A stretch of 56,794 bases of DNA, the filler included, from Sphacelaria rigidula (Eukaryota), in assembly GCA_964200075.2 (NCBI GenBank). It is 7 parts of 7 records of this genome, joined end to end, with 100 filler letters (N's around TTAATTAATTAA, not from the genome) between each part and the next. Parts side by side here need not be neighbours in the genome. Positions count along the whole stretch, not along the records: positions 40,641 to 48,667 come from CAXNAA020012588.1; positions 48,768 to 56,794 come from CAXNAA020012589.1; 5 more parts are not named here. One strand, 5' to 3'. A program made the position numbers and the translations under genes. Below the pieces are notes generated by a model. That model was given only the letters and a program-made list of their open reading frames with translations, ran no database searches and was not told the origin of the DNA. Of the stretch, positions 48,581 to 56,794 are shown piece after piece (positions within the stretch are counted from its first letter, which is position 1; the number at the start of each line of letters is the position of its first letter).

Positions 48581-50744
48581 GGTTAGGACGAATCATCACG
48601 ACTAAGGATCACCAAATCCACGAGTTATTCGGCCTCATTGCCAAAAAAAAAGAAAAAAAGTTGACCGNNNNNNNNNNNNNNNNNNNNNNNNNNNNNNNNN
48701 NNNNNNNNNNNTTAATTAATTAANNNNNNNNNNNNNNNNNNNNNNNNNNNNNNNNNNNNNNNNNNNNCTAACAATTCTAACCTCAGAAATCATTTCTGTA
48801 TCCCTACCGTAGCATCACTCGAACGTTCATCCCACGCAGTATTGCGGCACCATTTACAATTGTCAAAGAGCTAGCTATTCGTGCACGCGGCTCCCGTGGC
48901 CACAACGATCGGCCTCGTCGGGTTGAGAAAGCACAACAGAAGGAATGAGCTTACTTGCCCAAAGCTTGGCGGCTATTTGGTCACAGCAACTGAGAATGTG
49001 TGCGTGCGCTTCATCTTGTACCTGCGTAATTTGCACACAATCTTGACGGGAGCAGCACTACTGTCTAATCAATGTTTATGCTCTACGGCAGTGACTGTGA
49101 TGTCTCCTTTGGACTGGGCGACAGGAAGAACGTGGGAGTCATACCACGGAAAGGCGTGACCGTTTGGGTCCAGACGTCCCTCATTGAGAGGCTCCCCAAG
49201 TAAGGACGCTACACAAACATATGGGTAAGAACATTCCCGTTTTTCAAAATCATTCGAGGTATCCCTAGGTCATTGGGCTGCTAATCGCGGTGTGCTCTCG
49301 CCTACTTCATGAAGCCTTTTGGGGGGTAAAATGAGGAGCTCCCAGGAAACGAAACATGATAATGTTTCAGTATTATATATGTATTGTGCAAGGCTACCGT
49401 AACATGACTCATCGCTAGAGGCACACGCAGCTGCATGTCTTTAGCACCGAGCTACAGTACCCCGGCCGTGACTCGTTTTTCGCTGCCGCCCTTCCATGCC
49501 TTGTGTGAGTACGCGTACTACTGGGTCGATATGGATATGCGAGTGAGTCGTGTCGCTTGCCGCCATCTTTATTTTAGGACAGGTTTCGCGGGTTCGGCGC
49601 CAAAATCCGATGGCTGAAACAAACACTTGATTTTATAACAGAGCGCAAAATAAAACATCACCTGATTCAAATATTGGCCCAAAACAGAAGGTCGAAAGTC
49701 CTCCTCTTCTAGTGATGTACAATATGAAGCACTCGCCCAGCCTGCAGGTAGACCGCCAACCCCGCGTTTTTGGAAGCCAAGCACACTTCCGCTAGGTGAG
49801 CCACACTGTCTATACTGTGTGCCCTGCATGCCCGAGCTGTTCGAGGGTTCGTGGGATGACTTGGGTGAGCATGAGCGTTAGTGTTAGCGCTAGGGTCAGC
49901 GCTACCTGTTGACGATAACGGAGAACGTGTGTTGCCGGCCGTTTCTCGCGCCGAACTGCGGTAAACTCGCCTTTTGACATCCATTCGCTTAACAACCGAA
50001 AATTGATTGGGCCGAAAAACACTATGAAATGATACCAATTTCGGGACAATCAATTCACCCGCTCAGTGATGATACCCATCTCCCATCATGTCAGAACGGC
50101 GCGCTTAATAATGGGAGAGAATCTTTTAGTCGTGTCCTCCGCGAGTGATGCAGTCCCATTTCGACCTACTGATCACATTGTTCGCATTTCAGGCCGTAGC
50201 AATGTCACGGTAGGGGTGTATTTTTTGCGCGAGATCTTGTCTGGTTCAGGGGCTCCTGACGATTGTAGATGCACAAGAATATGGGTCAGGACATCGCCGT
50301 TTTTTTGCATATTCATTCGGGATGTCCCCAGCACATTGGAGTAGTAATCCTGGCGTACTCTCACATACTTCATAACTCTTGGTTTGGATGGGGTAAGGGG
50401 CTCCTAAGGATTCTAACCTCAGAAAGAATTTGTGCACCTCTAACGTAGCGTTACTCGCCGCTCTGCATATATTCTGCTGGGACATGGGGCGTGGCGATGG
50501 GGGGGTTATGGGATACTCCATACGTCGGTGTTGTGTCAGGTGGATCATCTTACTGCACCCCGTTTGGATGCACACAACAGCGCGGGAGTTGTTAGATATC
50601 GAGAAAAGGAGCAGGTTGTGCTCGGAAAACAATTCCCGTGGTGGTGGTCTTGTCGGGGTGACACGGACTGTAGACCTGCCTCGTTCATCAGGGGGTGTTC
50701 CTGACCGTCACTGGTCCCAAAAAACACAGCATGTCGGCGTTAAC

Positions 50745-50747
<3 letters not shown>

Positions 50748-50776
<29 letters not shown>
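50748..50776. repeat. (TG)n microsatellite
   Basis: About 14 perfect units. Confidence 0.9.
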
Positions 50777-50778
<2 letters not shown>

Positions 50779-53700
50779 GTCGTTCCATCTATCCCATCCA
50801 ACGCAATGAGTAGGCGTAAACCGAAATGATTACGTTCGCACATTCGTTCACAAGAACGATCGGGATTGATTCGATCGAGCAAAAGTAGCCAAGAGTTAGA
50901 ACCTAGGGCTGGGTAGTTGCAGGATCCCCAAGGACCGGCCAGCCCGTGAGTCGTCTGCAACTTTTGATCATAATACCAGGGGGCAGCGTAAATAACAATT
51001 CTGGGCATGTAAGTACCAAGATCTCAATTTCTTACAACAAAATCAACGAAAAAAAAAACAGGAGAATTAAAAAAAAAATCTCAATTTCTTGCAACAAAAT
51101 TAACGAAAAAAAAACAGGAGGAGAATTTTCAAAAAAATGCCCTCCGGCATCCGAGGTCATCGGGACAGGGCGGGCAAGAAGTAAAAGTAGACATACGAAT
51201 CCCGCAAAGCCTACCAGACTATTCATTTTTTGTCAGTGTTTATTAATCATCTTTTTGCAACAAAGTAGTTGACGAAAAAGCAAAAATCACAACAATTTTC
51301 GAAAAGTGTCCTCCTTGGGGGGGGAGGAGGGGGGCAACATGTCCGATAATCTTCTCCTTGTGCTGCCTGATAATACTCGGAACGGTTGCTTTCAGAATTG
51401 GAACGGTTAGCAACGACAGGGTAAAATACACCACTCACGGCGTAGGCTAGGCAATCAGGCTACCGTTATTTTTGCCGTGACCATCCATGATGGTCAAGCT
51501 ACACCGTTTTGTGTGGGGTAGGAGAGTCGCAATTACACATAAACGGGAATGATAATATTACAGTCCGTCGTGTTCAAACCATGACGCAGTGTGTAACCCG
51601 TGGCTGTCTTTCCAAATGGCGACACCAGGAAATGAAGTAACTCATTGGAGGCTGCCGTCCAAATGCAAGATAATCAGTACGCTTCGGGCTGAGCAAACTT
51701 GGCAGGATGCAGCTCACCCTTCATGCGACTCGCCGAACACACCACTTCGTTTCGCGCTTGGTGATCGAGTACGAGCATGGTCTGAGGGAACCCCGCCATG
51801 CTCACCTCGGCTTTGTAGAAATGCGAGGCCTATGGCATGCAGGATCACGACGGCACCCCCGCGCCCCCCAGACCAAGTGCTGTATTGCTCCTCACAGATT
51901 GTGTTTCGAGAACACTGATCCGAAACGAGGAGGGTATCTTGCCAAGACCCGTATCATCACTTATTTCTGGACCGGTTCAGGACTTATGATGGGCACTTGA
52001 GATACCTCATGTCTCACGTATCGAAGCACCACCGCCACCAAATTCTCGCGGGGATCCGTTCGTATCAGCCATTTCGGAAAATATGAAAAGACACGGGAAC
52101 ACGGGAACGAGCAGTAGCGCTAATAGTGAGTTGTCATTGTGCGTGTTTGTTCGTTCCAAGAGGGCGGGGTGAGGTTTGTCCATGCGCGAGATATTTTCTG
52201 CCAAAAAAAGGCAGCAACACTTGAGTTCATTTAATTGACTGCTCCACTCGAACTGATCGCCCAGTGATTCCGCCATGGCCACGATAGACACACCCGAGAC
52301 ATAACCAAACTAAAACTCTGCCTCAACAAAACAAAACAAAAACAAGATGGAATATATATACGAAGTATATATGCATGATGAGAAATTGTAGGGGGGAGTA
52401 GAAACTGCCGTTCTCTGTTGTACAAGACCAGTAGGATAAGCGCAAATTTTACCCCACGAGCATGGTCGACATGCCAAGCCAATGAACTCGAAACCACACG
52501 CAACGCTGCCTTCTTGTCGGAACCTTGCGCTTAGGTGCACGCCAGGTAATTCTGTACGACACTGCATCATCATGCAGCGGTTTCGACCAGGCACGTCACC
52601 ACTTTTGTTCTCAGATGGGCAGTGTTGAGTAAACACCAGGGTTTCGATTCTTCCCGAGCTGACTTCGGACTGGGCAACACATCTTCAGCACCTATCCAAC
52701 TCCATAATCTCGCCCACATCTCGTGCACTTCTCCGTTCTCCGTTAGCATCTCTGCAGGCGTTGAGCAGGCACCGTGGTTCGGTTTCTCCTGGGGTGACAT
52801 GTACAACAAGTTCGAAGGAACAGTATTCATCGCCACGCCGTCTCACAGGAGCAAGGTATGAGGTATAATGTACAAAAACGGTAGCGACATGAATGCTTCA
52901 TGTTTGCGTGAAATCGTGCCACGGGCTGTCTCAACGCCAACGGGACAAACCACGCCACGACCTCAATTCAGGGTCACTCCTCATCGAACCAAAAGTAAGC
53001 TTCTCTTTTCTTCGGCGTATCGCGCACCCAAGCAGACGAGGCTACGTCGGATCAAGGACTTCCTCTACCCGATACAAAAACCTCGAACCCTCGAACATGA
53101 CATCACCAACTCGTGCACTGCAGCACTTACCGATTCACCAAGGTGCATGTACAACGCTATGCGCTCTCGGTCGGGAACGAATCACGCGGAACCACTTCTT
53201 TGATAATAACATGTAGACCACATAAAACGAGACGTTCCCGCCCACGTTCCAACAGCACTCGCATTTCGCACTACAGTACTTCACATGTCAGCAAAAAACA
53301 TGTGGCAAAACTTGCAGCGTACACTCAAACCAACCGCTCGTCATTATCAACATGGCGTGACAGTATACGTGCCTATGTGCACACATACTACAAGAGGAAA
53401 AAAGAATGTCATCAAGCACAAATACAAAAAAATACTAATCCTACTTCTAGTCCGCGTTCAGTTCGACAGCAAAAGAACGAGCAGCACTGCAAGTCCCCGC
53501 GCTGTCTCGACAACTGGACCACGTGAAGGAGCGGACATCCCAGTCAATATGTATCGCCAAGAGGAAGGGGGAGAATATACCGTGGTGGTTCGTATATCCT
53601 CCCCATTCCAAGCGACAACTTGATGTTTTGTGATACATTCCCGATCTAGCAACATCAACTTGTGATGTTGCTAGATCGGGAATACATGGCATATAGATCG

Positions 53701-55384
53701 ATATCACCTTGATATCGCACGCTTCCGGGGGCACAGCTACATAGACAGTGCTCCCCTGCGTGAGGTGCTGAGGTTGTGGCCGAGAGGCCAGTGTCGTCAA
53801 CCCCAGACAAAATGCCGTTCACAGTCAAAAGTACAGTTTTTTGTTTCCTATTTAGTATTTACTTGCGTCACACCTCACACATCGCAGCACTTACAGAGTT
53901 CCACCAAGACATTTATTTATCGCACTGATACAAGTGTTCACACCCGTAAGACGCGGCACACATCGAGCGCATGTTATTGGAACCTTGAAATTGCTGGGGC
54001 ATGGGGGGCGTGATCCCTTGCCAACTGTCGGATATAGCGCATCGATACGCAAGTGCACATGTTCGGCACAAATCGACGGTATATTGCCTATGAATAAATC
54101 CAGGGGGATGTGGGCGTGTTTTGTCGGAAGATGTACTGATACGTTGGGAGAATAGAGACAGAAGAGAAAGAGAGGAGACAGCGAGAGAGAGCAAAATAAA
54201 AAAGGAGGAGAAAGAGAGAAGGAGAGAAAAAAAAGAAAAAGAAAGATGGACACTGATCGAGTCCGGCGTACAGTACACATGCGGGCAAGCCAACGAGCAA
54301 CAACACGCGTCGACCCGCCGACAGCAAAAAACAAACAACCGCAACAACACCAAAACGCAAGCAAGCACGAGTGGCCTGCACAGCCGTGAGCCTGCCCAGG
54401 CTAATCGAAAAAGATGCTGTTACGGTACACTTACGGGATACAGAATAAAAAACCCTACTCAAGATAACACTACGGCGCCAAAAACACAAGATTTGCAGAG
54501 CAGCTCATAGCGACAAACCCACAATCCGACACCTGACCCTCTTTGATGATACAACTCATACCCGTCATGTCGCGATGCCAAAGTCCAGCTCTTCACCAAC
54601 GACGCCGGCCCCGACTGCTCCTCACCTGCTTTTGTAACAACGCAAGGGACACCCAAGTGTTAGTTTCCGTACCTTCGAGCATCACCGTTTCACCACGACG
54701 TAGGACTTTCGCCACGCCCGAGCGGTCGGAGCCGTGGCGCCGCGGTAGACATCAGACCAGCTGTGGGGCGGCAGACAGGCAACGCCAAGCGCGGCAGCAA
54801 ATGGGAAACAGCAGCGTAGTGGAACGGTCAGGTCTTTTGCCGTGGACACGAACAAAATATTTCGCTCATATCCCGTCCCAAAACTTGCCCTGCCGTCAGT
54901 ATATTACTATACTGGTAACCCCATCCGAAAAGTCTAGACCCTGCAAACATGTCGACTATCGACTATTATTATGTAAAACATCACCCTGCGGACGTGAATC
55001 GAATAATCGGAGAGAACGTTACGCAGCCTGTGGCAGCATCGTTCCCAGCGAACAATGTCAAGCATGGACCGAGACCGCGTTTGCTATTCAAGCTCCCAAG
55101 GGCTGACTGTACGTCCACGCATGTGTTACCATGCCGGTACCCAACAAAAGCCAAGGTGACTTCGCCGTCAAGAAGGAAAAATCAAACTGTCGTCACGACG
55201 GACTCATCATGAACGGCACAGCAGCGTCGCCATCACTGTTTTCACGCAGGTCGACTTGCGCAGACGGCTCATGTCTCCAAATATCCAACTCTACTGCTGT
55301 GCTCAATGGGCAGAAAAAAGCGCTGTCAGGTTCTCGCATCTTGACCCGACCTCACCTTTCGATCATCACGACCCGGCTCCACAC

Positions 55385-55830
55385 AACACGGGATTTCACA
55401 ATATTCGGGATGCATTTCTCACTGATGAGGACCCGTAGAATCAAAATCTTCGTATCTACAACAAATCTTCGAAACATACTTCAACTCCCTCGCCTACTGG
55501 TAGCTTTTGACAACTACTACACGCCATTCCAAATTTGGATTTCCATCATCGACATGTTGGGGGGTCCTGGGTGAAAAAACAATTGTGGGGAAGTTCGATG
55601 ATCCGAACAGATCGCCGAAATTACTCCAAATTGGTCTCCACGTAAAACCCGCCAACATGTCGGTGATCGAAATCCAAATTTGTATGGCGTGCAAGAGATG
55701 TCAAACCCTACCGGCAACTGAAGAAATGGAACCATATTTCGAATGCTTGGTGTGGATACGAAGATTTTAATTCTCCGAAATTCTCATCCGCAATAGAAAA
55801 AATCATCCCCAGTTTGTAAAATCCCGTGTT
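55385..55830. mobile_element. Foldback MITE related to 41889-42352
   Basis: Arms AACACGGGATTT...AAAATCTTCGTATC...CACGCCATTCCAAATTTGGATTTC...CGACATGTTGG versus their reverse complement at 55652-55830. Confidence 0.75.
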
Positions 55831-55831
55831 A

Positions 55832-56255
55832 GGCCGCTCCTTATAATAGACAAAAAGAAGCCTGGAAAAGTACCTCTTTTGAGCTTTCACCTCGTTTTAC
55901 GCCCCAAAAGAGAGCAGTTGACACCTTAGAATGACTTGGCTCTACTAGTTGAGGCGGTTACAGAACATCTTTCCGTTTTCCGGTAGCCGCAGTTTCCAGT
56001 TTCGCCACAAACAATATTTTTTTGTACAGATTTGACTTATTTTACTGTATTTCGACAACACTTCTTGTTTGGCCAAATTGAAAACTGCACCTATCAGAAA
56101 ACAGGAAGGGTGTCCTGTAACCGCCTAGACTCATAGAGCAAGTCATTTTAAGGTGTCGAACTCCCCCTGGCTCTCTTTCGAGGCGTAAAACGACGTAACA
56201 GCTCCAAACCGGCACTTTTCAACGTTCTCATTTCTGTCTGTTCAGAGGAGCGGCC
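55832..56255. mobile_element. PIF/Harbinger (Tourist-like) MITE
   Basis: TTA TSD at 55829-55831 and 56256-56258. Termini GGCCGCTCC / GGAGCGGCC. Imperfect arms of ~180 bp. Confidence 0.8.
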
Positions 56256-56794
56256 TTAGGGCCTGTCTCATGAGAGCACATGGGTTTCCGATTGAAAAAG
56301 TGCGGTGGAAAACAAAAATCCTGGATCTGGTACCTCATGATTTCAAAATACCCGATCATGGTTGAAAGTACGACTCATCAGATCAAGATTTTTGTTTTCC
56401 ACCGCGCTTTTTCAATCGAGAACCCATGTGCTATTACAAGACAGGGCCTCACAATCCTACCCTCCCTACGCCATCATCGCCCTGCACAACAATAACTGCA
56501 ACAGTATGGAACGACGCAAGCGAACATGGGCAGGACGGAAAGAGGAGGATATCACATATCGGTGGAGCAGCATACCTTCGCACATGCGCATCACGTGCTG
56601 CGATGCAAAGCACGCGTGTCGTCTAGGATGACCCCTACAGTACTGCATTGTCAGCGCACTTTTGTCCTGCAAGTGCTCCTATTTCATGTTTCGTACAACG
56701 AGATATCTTTTCTGCCAGCATGAATGACGCACATGTTCTGGAACAAAACACACAACGGTAGTACATCACGTAGCTCTCACCTCTACACTACGAA

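Noticed and set aside
8029-48767. Periodic TTAATTAATTAA motif every ~8.1 kb
   Set aside because: Artificial six-frame-stop linker embedded in Ns.
51018-51128. ~49-bp direct duplication
   Set aside because: Simple slippage in A-rich sequence; no further structure.
53891-54510. Several 130-157-aa overlapping ORFs
   Set aside because: They arise from low-complexity AG/AC-rich sequence with no protein motifs.
35578-55445. Hammerhead ribozyme cores at CTGANGA sites (35582, 43165, 55422)
   Set aside because: No paired stem II followed by GAAA at these sites on inspection.

Overview
Eukaryotic, repeat-rich genomic DNA, most likely from a brown alga (Phaeophyceae). That assignment is inferred from about 50% GC, GT-AG introns of 1.2-1.7 kb, and Ectocarpus-like LINE and Copia remnants. 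The window is not contiguous. It is seven scaffolds of 8028/8027 bp joined by six identical 100-bp N44-TTAATTAATTAA-N44 spacers, so nothing should be linked across spacers. Host genes: a partial five-exon, minus-strand tandem-bromodomain gene (302-7872) in which both bromodomains have Tyr in place of the acetyl-lysine-binding Asn, and two exons of a NERD1-like FG-GAP protein gene (36934-37973). The rest is mostly transposon debris: a truncated Copia element with its 5' LTR, RTE- and RTEX-like LINE fragments, tRNA-like repeats, MITEs with resolvable TIRs and target duplications, and local inverted duplications. The most unusual observation is in scaffold 4. It ends on both sides in the same ~70-bp repeat terminus, and each copy abuts the identical 10-bp host sequence GACAAGACAT, which suggests a young, target-site-specific mobile element.
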